Assembly: GCA_016181895.1 (NCBI GenBank)
Contig: JACOYL010000009.1
Coordinates: forward strand, 3,346-67,345
DNA length: 64,000 nucleotides
Reading direction: 5' to 3'
DNA from: Candidatus Pacearchaeota archaeon
GTDB lineage: Archaea > Nanobdellota > Nanobdellia > Pacearchaeales > GW2011-AR1
Below are positions 28,773 to 38,220 of this stretch, one piece after another. The translations under genes and the position numbers were made by a program. Below the pieces are notes generated by a model. The model did no database searches. It had not been told where the DNA came from and was given only the letters and a program-made list of their open reading frames with translations. Within the stretch, counting starts at the first letter, position 1. Each line of letters starts with the position of its first letter.

Positions 28773-29756
28773 ATGAAGCACAACTTAAAAATCACAGTCA
28801 TTCTTCTTGCGATGTTCATAATAACGCAGTTAATCGGAATTTATGTCGTGAATTTTTATTCCCCGACAAAAATAATCGGGGGGCAAATAACAAATGTTTC
28901 CGCTCCTGAACTTCCTTTTGGATTGGAAACTCCTGAATTAAAAGAAAAAAGCGAGTTCAATTACGCATTTGTTTCAATTATCATCGCATTCATGATTGCA
29001 ATTTCCCTGCTTTTGTTTCTCACAAGATTGAATGCTGAATTTTTCCTGAGATTGTGGTTTTTTCTTGTGATAATAATCTCGCTTGTGATTGCATTCAATG
29101 TTTTTGCATACCAGATTGGATTGTTTTCTTACGAAATTAGTTTCTTGTCATGGACGTTTCCGATTTCATGGCTTCTTGCCCTTGCGATTTCCCTGCCGTT
29201 GGCTTACATAAAAATTTACAAGCGGGATTTTTTGGTTCACAATTTTACAGAACTTCTTATTTATCCAGGAATAGCGGCTGTTTTTGTCCCGATTTTAAAT
29301 ATTTACACGATATCTTTGTTGCTGATTTTGATTTCCCTTTATGATGCATGGGCTGTCTGGCATTCGGGAATAATGCAAAAAATGGCGAAATACCAGATAA
29401 ATCAATTGAACATTTTTTCCGGTTTCTTTGTCCCTTATGTTTCAAAGAAAGTGAAAATGCAGATGATGAAAATGAAAAGCTCGTCGAATTCAATGAAGTC
29501 GAAATCAAAATTAAAAAAGAAAATGAAAGTCAACATCGCAATTCTCGGCGGCGGCGATGTTGTGTTTCCCATAATCACCGCGGGAGTCATGCTAAAAACT
29601 CTTGGGCTTTTTCCCGCGTTGCTTGTGATTCTCGGCGCGGTTTTCGGCTTGGGTTATTTGTTTTTCTTCGCCGAAAAAAAGAAATTCTATCCCGCGATGC
29701 CTTTCATAACCGCGGGAATCTTTGTAGGAATTTTAGCGGGTTATTTGCTTTTTTGA
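28773..29756 (+). CDS. Presenilin/SPP-family intramembrane aspartyl protease
   Basis: Multi-TM; YD, LGGGD and PAMPF motifs. Confidence 0.9.
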   Translation: MKHNLKITVILLAMFIITQLIGIYVVNFYSPTKIIGGQITNVSAPELPFGLETPELKEKSEFNYAFVSIIIAFMIAISLLLFLTRLNAEFFLRLWFFLVIIISLVIAFNVFAYQIGLFSYEISFLSWTFPISWLLALAISLPLAYIKIYKRDFLVHNFTELLIYPGIAAVFVPILNIYTISLLLILISLYDAWAVWHSGIMQKMAKYQINQLNIFSGFFVPYVSKKVKMQMMKMKSSSNSMKSKSKLKKKMKVNIAILGGGDVVFPIITAGVMLKTLGLFPALLVILGAVFGLGYLFFFAEKKKFYPAMPFITAGIFVGILAGYLLF

Positions 29757-30092
29757 TTTCTTTCTTTCATCTTTCAATTTTCTAGCTTCTTTTCTGTTAT
29801 TAAATTCAAAAAATCTTTCCAAATTTTCTTTTGTTATCGGCTCTACGACTGAAATATCAGAAACTCTTATCGTGGAATCATCATATATCAATTTTCTTAT
29901 CAACCCTTTTTTCACATCCCATTCTCCACCTTGAAAAGGATTTAGAATTATATACCCTTCTTTTATGGAATTAACTTGCCCTGAAAAATTTGTTTGCTGA
30001 CCTTGAACATAAATTATTACATATCTCCCGATGTATTTGTCATAAGTTCTTTCTTTAATTTCTTCTCTCCCAAAACCTGCTTGTTTTTTCAT
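29733..30092 (-). CDS. Hypothetical protein
   Basis: 119-aa ORF. Confidence 0.55.
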   Translation of the reverse strand: MKKQAGFGREEIKERTYDKYIGRYVIIYVQGQQTNFSGQVNSIKEGYIILNPFQGGEWDVKKGLIRKLIYDDSTIRVSDISVVEPITKENLERFFEFNNRKEARKLKDERKKSKKQITR

Positions 30093-30194
30093 AAATTCAT
30101 TTCAATAAATTCCTATTTAAATCTTGCCTTTTGTTACTTTTTTGAAGTGGGAACAAAACATAAGCTTTATAAAACCCCTAAGTTTTGGGATTTT

Positions 30195-30968
30195 ATGATA
30201 GTGAAACAGGAACTTGTTAACAGAATAAAGGACTATTTCGGCTTGAACATTTACGAGACAAAAGTCTGGCTCGCGCTTTTGAAGAAAGGAATCGCTTCTG
30301 CTGGCGAGGTGGCCGAATCTTCCGGAATTCCGAGAAGCAGGACTTATGATGTTCTTGAAAGCCTTGAGAAAATGGGGTTCGCAATGGCAAAATTGGACAA
30401 GCCTGTGAAATACATAGGAGTGAAACCGAGAATCATTCTTGAAAAACTGAAGAACAACGTGAAAAAAGAGGCAAGCGAAAGGATAGTTGAATTGTCAAGA
30501 GTCAAAAATTCCGACGAATACACGAAGCTCGAGGAACTTTACAACGAGGGAATGAGCCCCATGAAAAAAGAAGAACTTTCCCTTGCATTAAAGGGCAAGA
30601 TGAACATCTCAAATCATATAAAAGAATTAATATTGAATGCAAAAGAGGAAGTCATAATCTGCACGAATGCCGATGAATTGGCTTCAAAATTTAAATTATT
30701 CAAGCAAACTCTCGATATTTTGAAAAAATCAAACGTGAAAGTCAGCATTGCTCTTTCGGGAGATGAAAAAATGATAAAGCAGCTTTCAGAAAAACTTAAT
30801 GTCAAAATAAAAAAGATAAATTTGAATTCAAAATTCTTCATCGTTGACGGGAAGGAAATGCTTTTCTACATATCAAAAAATTCCGATGAGGATTCCGCAA
30901 TCTGGCTTAACTCGGAATTTTTCTCAAAATCATTCGCGGAATTGTTTGAAAAGGCGGTGAGGAATTGA
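30195..30968 (+). CDS. TrmB family transcriptional regulator
   Basis: FGLNIYETKVWLALL, SGIPRSRTYDVLESL; start at ATG 30195. Confidence 0.92.
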   Translation: MIVKQELVNRIKDYFGLNIYETKVWLALLKKGIASAGEVAESSGIPRSRTYDVLESLEKMGFAMAKLDKPVKYIGVKPRIILEKLKNNVKKEASERIVELSRVKNSDEYTKLEELYNEGMSPMKKEELSLALKGKMNISNHIKELILNAKEEVIICTNADELASKFKLFKQTLDILKKSNVKVSIALSGDEKMIKQLSEKLNVKIKKINLNSKFFIVDGKEMLFYISKNSDEDSAIWLNSEFFSKSFAELFEKAVRN

Positions 30969-30969
30969 G

Positions 30970-31341
30970 ATGAAACTTGAAGATGAAGCAAGATTTATGT
31001 CAAATGAAAAATTGGAAACTGAAATATCAGATTTAAGAGGAATTTTGACTGACCTAAAAAAAACATTTAAACGATTTGTTATTGGGGCGTATATAGGGAC
31101 ACCTGTTATAGCATTAGCAACTTATCTTTATGGTTCTTACACTAAGTCTTCATTTACAGAGTTAGATACAATAGCATTTTCAGCAATGAATCTTGGACTT
31201 TTTGCTCATCTTTTGATAGGAACATCTCATGCAATCAGATCAAGAGAAAATCGTTATAATATTTTACAATCAGAATACAATTCCCGACTTGAAAGAGGAA
31301 TTATCCAAGAATCTTCATCCCCACCACACCCATCTCCCTGA
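30970..31341 (+). CDS. Hypothetical membrane protein (ORFan)
   Basis: Two hydrophobic segments; 1 nt after the TrmB stop. Confidence 0.55.
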   Translation: MKLEDEARFMSNEKLETEISDLRGILTDLKKTFKRFVIGAYIGTPVIALATYLYGSYTKSSFTELDTIAFSAMNLGLFAHLLIGTSHAIRSRENRYNILQSEYNSRLERGIIQESSSPPHPSP

Positions 31342-32569
31342 TTTTTCCCCTGTTTTTTCTTTCCCAATCTTTCAAAAATTCCTTCAAATCAAAATTAATT
31401 TTTTCCCTTGCATAAACTTTTCCCGACTTGTAAAATATGTTCTTGTGTTTCTTTCTGAAATCTCTGACGTTTTCTTCCTGTTTTATCAAAGGACCTGAAA
31501 GAATTACCTCTTTTTTTCTTTTCGCGGCAAAAAAATATCTCGCGCTTTTTCCTTTCTTGTATTCAAATCCTCTCGCCTTTACTTCAAAAAACCTGTCGAT
31601 TTCGCTTGTAAGATGATTGTAAAACTTCAGCAATTTTGCGCCCGCGATGTCTCCTTCCTGCCTGTCTGTCATTGCATTCAAAACAACAAAATCAAATTTT
31701 TTCTTTTTGGCTTGTGCTTTGATTTTGTCCAGATTTAAAACCCTCGGTTCAAAAAACTTCCCGCTTGGATTTCTCAGGAATTCAGAGCAGGCTTTCTTGA
31801 ATTTCTCAAAAGTTTCATTTGACAAGGCAGCCAATGCATTTCTGCTCTTGAATGTAGGATCAACAAGGATTATTGGAGAATGAAGTTTCGACTCGTTCAA
31901 ATCCATGAAAACATCGTTCTTGTTTTTGAAATGCTTTTCAATGTCTATCACTTCCTTGACTCTGATTTTTTCAAAAGCCTTTATGAATTTCAAAAAACTT
32001 CCGTAATGATAAACAAGCAATTCTATCGCATATCCCGAGAAACCGCGGACATAAGACTCCGCGCCGTAACATCCGTTTGCGTGGCAGAACGCCTTTGCCA
32101 GTTTTATCTCGTCGAGAATTTTCGGATTTTTTATTCTTTTTTTTATGTAATTCACATGGCTGTATGACAAATCCATGACGTTCTCGGCTTTTCTCGGGTT
32201 GTTTATTTTTAAAACCGGAACTATTTCAATGAAAAAATGCCCTTTGTCAATTATGAAATAATTCCTCGAGCCCTTTACTTCTTTTTTCCTGAAATTTCCC
32301 AGAATCTTTCTTGTTAATTCTGAAATGTTTTCGTGTTTTTTGTCGAATCTTATGAAGACGTCTATGTCGTAAACGTCTTTTTTTATCATTGTTTTCTTGG
32401 CAAAACTCCCGCCGATGAAAACATCTGCCTTTATTTTCAGTTCCTTAATTTTTTTCCCGATTTTTTTCCTGAAATTATCAATTATGCATTTTATGAGATA
32501 AGCCTCTTCTTTCGACGGGTTTATCTTTTCAAAAACGATTTTCAAAATTTCGCCGATTCTTTTTGTCAT
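31301..32569 (-). CDS. cca: Archaeal CCA-adding enzyme
   Basis: GGSFAKKT..DIDVF, CYGAES..RGFSGY..ELL, DPT...RN..AA. Confidence 0.92.
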   Translation of the reverse strand: MTKRIGEILKIVFEKINPSKEEAYLIKCIIDNFRKKIGKKIKELKIKADVFIGGSFAKKTMIKKDVYDIDVFIRFDKKHENISELTRKILGNFRKKEVKGSRNYFIIDKGHFFIEIVPVLKINNPRKAENVMDLSYSHVNYIKKRIKNPKILDEIKLAKAFCHANGCYGAESYVRGFSGYAIELLVYHYGSFLKFIKAFEKIRVKEVIDIEKHFKNKNDVFMDLNESKLHSPIILVDPTFKSRNALAALSNETFEKFKKACSEFLRNPSGKFFEPRVLNLDKIKAQAKKKKFDFVVLNAMTDRQEGDIAGAKLLKFYNHLTSEIDRFFEVKARGFEYKKGKSARYFFAAKRKKEVILSGPLIKQEENVRDFRKKHKNIFYKSGKVYAREKINFDLKEFLKDWERKNRGKIREMGVVGMKILG

Positions 32570-32613
32570 TTCCAGAATAACGCAACCGCACTTATAAAAT
32601 TAATCTAATCTTT

Positions 32614-32810
32614 TGCTTTGTTTAAAAATTGACTCACTCCTTCGTCGTTCGCATATTAATAATGTTAATACGAAAACATTTAATTTTTCGTGTTTCGCGT
32701 CTCGTTGCGATGCCTATGCAATGGCACGTAATCGCTGCTTTTATTACTCCATGCCTCGCGATGCGTATGCGTAATCGCTTTTAAACAGCGACTACTTGTT
32801 AAACAAAGCC
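32614..32810 (-). mobile_element. MITE (family A) copy
   Basis: Terminal inverted repeats GCTTTGTTTAA/TTAAACAAAGC; internal homology to 39624-39899; no clear TSD. Confidence 0.75.
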
Positions 32811-32824
32811 TCGGCAGAATTGTT

Positions 32825-33220
32825 TCAGTCTTCCCCTCTTATTCCCGACTTGTCCGTCTTCATCATCGTCAAATCTATTATGTACTTTCCCTCGCTTACC
32901 TTGAATATTATCGGCCTGTCTTTTCCAAAAAGATTCACGACGTCGATTTCATATTTGCCCGGGCTTATTACTCTTACCGATTCAATGTCGAGGATCACGG
33001 GAACCATTTCATCCTCCATGTTTGCCATTTCCCTTATGTCCTTCTCGATTTTTTCTTTTTCCTTTTGCGGCAGTTCAATGGGATTTTCCCTGGCTTTTTT
33101 CAATTGCTCGTCCCTTATGTAAAAAAAGAAATGCCCGCCGCATTCGCCGCATCCGTCTAATATTTCCCTGCTTCCCGCGGGATATATTTTTCCACAGTGC
33201 ACGCATTGATGGCTACCCAT
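32825..33220 (-). CDS. oapC: OapC/ArvC Zn-ribbon protein (DUF2072-like)
   Basis: HQCVHCG...GCGECG..FFFY, ESVRV..PGKYEID. Confidence 0.85.
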   Translation of the reverse strand: MGSHQCVHCGKIYPAGSREILDGCGECGGHFFFYIRDEQLKKARENPIELPQKEKEKIEKDIREMANMEDEMVPVILDIESVRVISPGKYEIDVVNLFGKDRPIIFKVSEGKYIIDLTMMKTDKSGIRGED

Positions 33221-33408
33221 TATCTGACCAATCCCTCCCCCAAATTTTTGTTCACAAAGTTATTATCTATTAATATTTTTCCACTTTTTCTTCTGTTATC
33301 TTCCCTTGTTAACCATTGTAAATTTTTTGGAGAAAATGCTTTTTTAATTTCATCTTTAGATTTAGCGTTAATATTTTTTCCGCAATACTCGCATTTTTTG
33401 AATGTCAT
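33220..33408 (-). CDS. Small protein resembling an HNH C-terminal fragment
   Basis: CxxC plus NLQWLTREDNRRKS; TAATG overlap with oapC. Confidence 0.45.
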   Translation of the reverse strand: MTFKKCEYCGKNINAKSKDEIKKAFSPKNLQWLTREDNRRKSGKILIDNNFVNKNLGEGLVR

Positions 33409-33493
33409 TTATATTAATGGAATTTTGAAATTATATAAAGTTTCTTGTGATATATAATATAATAATGTTTATATATGGATTGGTTTCTGAGGA

Positions 33494-33835
33494 ATGATGA
33501 AATTTAATTTACTATTGCTTTTAACAGGGGCATTTACATTAGGAACTCTGGTGGGGGCATCGGCTTTAGTAAATATCTTTTATTTTAATTCAACCGATAA
33601 AAATTTTCTTGATAGATTATATTTTGGAAGAGAATACATTTGCGCGATAAATTCAGAGCCAACTGCCGAAGAAATAACAAAATCAATCAGGTTGTTGGAA
33701 TCGGCATGGGAAAAACATTATCGGGATTACAAACCGGATTTGTTCGGAAATCTTTTTTCTACTGGATTAAATACTCGCGTGGATTTAACCTGCAGAAAAA
33801 TTGAAGATGCAGAACAAAAAGAAACTACCTATTGA
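33494..33835 (+). CDS. Hypothetical protein with N-terminal TM
   Basis: 113-aa ORF. Confidence 0.55.
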   Translation: MMKFNLLLLLTGAFTLGTLVGASALVNIFYFNSTDKNFLDRLYFGREYICAINSEPTAEEITKSIRLLESAWEKHYRDYKPDLFGNLFSTGLNTRVDLTCRKIEDAEQKETTY

Positions 33836-34220
33836 GCAGCAGTTCAATCTTTTTCGGATTTCTTTTTATCTCTTTTACAATTGTCGCGGGTCCTATGATT
33901 GTTATCGCCCCCAAATCCCTTCCTGAAAGCGCGTTGACAATTCCCATCCTGAATTTTCCGATGGGATTCTCGCTGCCGTTTCCGGAAATCACGGCAAGCT
34001 CGACGCCCTTGAAATCCCTTACATGCCCTATCATCGCCATCGTGTCTTCAATCAATCTTGTTTCTTCCTCCGGTTTCAGCCTTCCCTGAAGTATCAAAAT
34101 GCTGTTTCCCAAAATGACATCGAGGATTTTTCTTATTCTTTTTGTCGAATCCAATCCTGAAATCTCCGAATAAGGCATGAAGTTTATCGTGAATCCTCTT
34201 ATCTTCCCCTTCTTTTTCAT
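33825..34220 (-). CDS. oapB: OapB/ArvB (DUF2073-like)
   Basis: IRKILD, GRLKPEEETRLIE.TM, FKGVEL, TIIGPA. Confidence 0.85.
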   Translation of the reverse strand: MKKKGKIRGFTINFMPYSEISGLDSTKRIRKILDVILGNSILILQGRLKPEEETRLIEDTMAMIGHVRDFKGVELAVISGNGSENPIGKFRMGIVNALSGRDLGAITIIGPATIVKEIKRNPKKIELLLNR

Positions 34221-34228
34221 TTTATATT

Positions 34229-34492
34229 TTAATTAATTATCTGTTCCCTCTTTACTATTTGTATTTCACCCCCCTTTTCAATTACAGGGGGCTGATGAAG
34301 GCATATGTAAACTAAATTATCTTCTTCTTTAAGCAAACTAACTTTTATTCTGTCTTGGTTGATAAGCGGCAGGGGATAAAATCCTTCAATAATTTCCCCC
34401 CTATAATTTTCAAATGAAAAACTTCTTTCATTGCTGAACATTCCTTTTCCCAAATCGCATTTCAAATAAACTTCGGTTAATTTGTTTCCCAT
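34229..34492 (-). CDS. Hypothetical protein (inserted ORFan)
   Basis: Between oapA and oapB; start at MGNKL. Confidence 0.55.
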   Translation of the reverse strand: MGNKLTEVYLKCDLGKGMFSNERSFSFENYRGEIIEGFYPLPLINQDRIKVSLLKEEDNLVYICLHQPPVIEKGGEIQIVKREQIIN

Positions 34493-34496
34493 TTTC

Positions 34497-35138
34497 CTAG
34501 ACTTTTTTTGCCAGTTTAAACAATGACTCGTAAAATTCCTCGAGATTTTTTCCGTATCTGGCGCTGATTCCGACAACCTCGTATTCCGGAAACGCAGCCT
34601 CGATTCTTTTCACGTCGGCTTTTCTCAAGTCAACTTTATTCGCCACCACTAAAACGGGAATCTTTCTTGCCGCGAGATTCCCTATAATTGTAATATTAAC
34701 TTGGTTATAAGGGTTTTCGGTGGCGTCCAAAACCACGACGACAACATCCATGTCGTCGAGCCATTTTATCGCCTCAATTACTCCCTGCGTGGCTTCCTTT
34801 GCTCTTTTCTTTGAATCCGCTTTTTTCATTTTGTATTTCATGAAATCCTCGTAGTCTATTTTTGTCGCGATTCCCGGGGTGTCAATCATCTTGAAAGTCA
34901 TTTTTTTTCCGTTGTATATTATTTCAACCTGCTCTTTGAACTGCACGTTTCTTGTTTCATGCGGAATTTTGCTCACGGTTCCTATTTCCTCTCCTGTAAA
35001 ATCCTTGCAAATTCTGTTTGCCAGCGAGGTTTTACCGGCATTCGGCGGCCCGTAGAAGCCGAGCTTTATGTTTCTTTTTCCCTTGAATATATTGGAAAGG
35101 ATTCTTCTGAAGAAATTCGCCATGATTTTAATTGCCAT
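34497..35138 (-). CDS. oapA: OapA/ArvA Era-like small GTPase
   Basis: GPPNAGKTSLANRI, PHETR, DTPG, ANKVD, SA. Confidence 0.9.
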   Translation of the reverse strand: MAIKIMANFFRRILSNIFKGKRNIKLGFYGPPNAGKTSLANRICKDFTGEEIGTVSKIPHETRNVQFKEQVEIIYNGKKMTFKMIDTPGIATKIDYEDFMKYKMKKADSKKRAKEATQGVIEAIKWLDDMDVVVVVLDATENPYNQVNITIIGNLAARKIPVLVVANKVDLRKADVKRIEAAFPEYEVVGISARYGKNLEEFYESLFKLAKKV

Positions 35139-35366
35139 GTAAAAACCTCCTGCGGGTTTTTACGAATCCAGCAACCATTTTATTTTTCATTTGTTGTAAA
35201 TTTTCTGCTTCGCAGAATTTAATTTGCGCAAGTTAATAGGAAAGCCTCTTTTATCATCTGATAATTTATTGTATGAGGATTTATTTGTTAACATCTTAAT
35301 TCGGATATTTTACATATTTTTATTTTCATTTTTTTCTTGTTTTTCTAAAATGCATAAATCCCTTTA

Positions 35367-38054
35367 TTAAATTTTTCGTGGTTGAGTTGCATTTTGGTTC
35401 TTAATATTTGAATTGCCGAAAGAGGTCTTGGGATGCCTTGCAAACTTGAACAATTCCCCCATGGGAATTTCAAACATGCCTGTTCTTTTTCCGTAATATT
35501 TTTTCATTATGTAGGCAACCTGCTCTGAATTCCAGCCCGCTTTTTTTAATCCCAAGGAAACTTTCCTGTCCTCAACCCCCTGCTTCTTCATGTTGTGCAC
35601 ATACGAAACTATGTTGAACAAATCATTTCTGTTTTTGAAAAGATGGCTTTCGTATTTTCTCTTGTACCACTGCTGCATTGTTATATAGGAAATAAATCCA
35701 AGTAAACTAACGAGCAACACAACCAAAATGATTAAAGTTAAATCAGATATTTTTTCAGTGTTAAGTATCTTAAATTCCTTTTGAATAGAAATCTCGCTTA
35801 ATTTAGGGGAAATGAATGCCGGCAGTTCTGAAAATTCAATGTCTTCTATTGTTGAAAATCCTATGGTTTCTCCGCCTTCAAGCCGGATTGAAACATATCC
35901 TTCTTCTTTCTGTTCAGAATAATCGCCGTCAAATGTGAGATTTTCAAATTCAGGCATAATCAAATAAGCACCGTCAATTTCAGGATTGCTGCTTATTTGC
36001 AATTTAAACACATTTAATATTTCCACGGGATTGTCTTCGAAATTTGCCGTGAATTCCTTGGAACTGATTTTCGTCTGGCTGTTCGCGGCGTTCCATGCCA
36101 AAACAGCTTGCGTGTATTTTTCACTGTCGTTTCCATAATTCCCGCCGCCAATCTTTTTTAAAATTTGCAGATTCACGCTTTCCTCACTTGGAAAAAACGG
36201 AATTGATTCAACATTTTTTGTTATGTCAATGGAACTAGGTATGCTCAGAGTTACCAAATCGGCCATTATTGAAATGTAATCATTATCATCACTTCCTGCG
36301 GTTGCATTTCTCTGCTGTATGTCGCTTAATATTGATTCAACGTCATCAAGATTTAGAATCGCATCCAATGAATTTTGTTCAAATAAAGAAAGATTTTCAA
36401 TCTGTGCCTTTATGTTGTTTAAATTGTCCAAATTCCGTTTTAACAACTTATTTACGGCATTTCTTGGCGTTGCAATTTCAATGTTGAACGATTTTGAGGA
36501 ACTTTTTCTGTTGGAATCTGTTACCATTATTGTCACGACATACTCTCCAATTTCAGTGTAAGTGTATGTGGTTTTGTTTTCTGTGGTTTTCTGGCTTGGA
36601 GAATCGTCGCCAAAATCCCATTCATAATTAATTATTCTTGCTGAAGAATTAAAAGTGTTAACCCTAACCTTGAATTCCGTGGGGAGAGCGGCAATGGCAA
36701 TCATGGGACTTAAGGAAACTATCTGCGGCACTTTTTCAATTTCAATTGTTTCCGAGAAAATTGGTTCATCGTTTAAACTCAGAGAAAGATTGTGTCTTCC
36801 GAAATTTCCCGGAACTGAAAAATTTGCATAATCCAATAAAATTTTTAAAAATCCGGATGTAATTTTTGCGGGGGTTTCTGATATATTATGAATTGGAAAA
36901 TTTCCTCCTTCACATATACCGATTTCCTCATTATAACACCTAAACGTTCCATCCACCTCATAATTAATATGCACGTCTGAAATCGTAACGGCTTGCTGCT
37001 GATTTTTTCCGGATGTAATCCTTATTGGGACAATGCATTCATTAGCACACTTTCCATTATATTTGTCCAAAATATATCCTCCTATTTCCCCATCAAGTTC
37101 ATTTAAAGCAATTGTTCCCAATGCTGCAAATTTTCCAGGTTTTGCAAATATCTGGAAATCTTTCGGGAATTGCTTGCTTGTGGCATAACCGCATATTTCT
37201 CCTGCTTGTTCAAATTTTATTTTATAATTATAGTTCGCAGGGTCATCCTCATTGTTTTTGATGCACACATAATAATCCTCTTGCTTGTCTATTTTGAAAT
37301 CTTCCGGAACGCAGCCGATTCTTCCCCCTCTAAGCACGGAGACATCGCAGGATGCGCTGTTTCCATTTTCATTGTCTATTGTAAATCTAAAACTTGCGCT
37401 TGGGTTTGTTGGGTCTGTTATATAGGCGCCTATTTCAACTTCCGGCGCAATGGGAATGTTTATTTTTTCGCAAAAAGAATTTGTTATTATAAGTGTTTCT
37501 CCTAAAGTTTGAGTCAAAGGGTCAAAACACCCGAAATCCTCATTGTAGAAATTTCCGGATGCATCAGATGATTCCCAGTCATTTTCTCCGTCAGCCAAGA
37601 CATCGATAAATAATTGTTTGAAAGTGGATTCAGGGGCATTACTTTGTATGTTCATTGAAAAACCGTTAATTTCGTCAATTGTTTCTCCTAAAAATCTCAA
37701 TCCAAAAACTTTTGATTCCCTGCTTCCCAATGTAATTTCTTTTATACTTTCTCCGCTTTCATCCACGGAAGAATAATCAGAGGCGCAGTCAAGGGGCGAA
37801 CATGTGTAATTCACACCCGCTTCAAACTTGTTTAAGTCCATTAAATCAACCAGACTTATGCCGTCTCCAAAACCTGTTTCAAACAATGAATTTACAGATT
37901 CTTCGTTCAAGCTTATGTTTATCCAGCCTCTTAAAGAACTGCCCAAAGGATATTTTTTTTCAATTGAACGGCTTAGATTTCCATTTGTAAAATCCGCGGA
38001 AATAAAATTTGAAACCAGTATGACTAATAATAAAAATATCACCGCTTTTTTCAT
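35367..38054 (-). CDS. Large surface protein with PKD domain and C-terminal anchor
   Basis: Signal peptide, YEWDFGD PKD motif, C-terminal TM and cytoplasmic domain. Confidence 0.85.
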   Translation of the reverse strand: MKKAVIFLLLVILVSNFISADFTNGNLSRSIEKKYPLGSSLRGWINISLNEESVNSLFETGFGDGISLVDLMDLNKFEAGVNYTCSPLDCASDYSSVDESGESIKEITLGSRESKVFGLRFLGETIDEINGFSMNIQSNAPESTFKQLFIDVLADGENDWESSDASGNFYNEDFGCFDPLTQTLGETLIITNSFCEKINIPIAPEVEIGAYITDPTNPSASFRFTIDNENGNSASCDVSVLRGGRIGCVPEDFKIDKQEDYYVCIKNNEDDPANYNYKIKFEQAGEICGYATSKQFPKDFQIFAKPGKFAALGTIALNELDGEIGGYILDKYNGKCANECIVPIRITSGKNQQQAVTISDVHINYEVDGTFRCYNEEIGICEGGNFPIHNISETPAKITSGFLKILLDYANFSVPGNFGRHNLSLSLNDEPIFSETIEIEKVPQIVSLSPMIAIAALPTEFKVRVNTFNSSARIINYEWDFGDDSPSQKTTENKTTYTYTEIGEYVVTIMVTDSNRKSSSKSFNIEIATPRNAVNKLLKRNLDNLNNIKAQIENLSLFEQNSLDAILNLDDVESILSDIQQRNATAGSDDNDYISIMADLVTLSIPSSIDITKNVESIPFFPSEESVNLQILKKIGGGNYGNDSEKYTQAVLAWNAANSQTKISSKEFTANFEDNPVEILNVFKLQISSNPEIDGAYLIMPEFENLTFDGDYSEQKEEGYVSIRLEGGETIGFSTIEDIEFSELPAFISPKLSEISIQKEFKILNTEKISDLTLIILVVLLVSLLGFISYITMQQWYKRKYESHLFKNRNDLFNIVSYVHNMKKQGVEDRKVSLGLKKAGWNSEQVAYIMKKYYGKRTGMFEIPMGELFKFARHPKTSFGNSNIKNQNATQPRKI

Positions 38055-38220
38055 AATAAATTATGGTGAATTTGTTTTATAAATATTTGGAGAAAATCAC
38101 TATGAAGTTAATTCGCCAACCTAATAAGCATTATTTAAGATAAATCTTAATGCTGTGAATTTAAATTATCCGACACTGCCCGATTAAGTTATTATAGATT
38201 ATTGATATAAAATTATTCAA

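Noticed and set aside
35140..35366. Replication origin next to oapA
   Set aside because: AT-rich, but I found no ORB-like repeat or cdc6/orc1 gene in the window.
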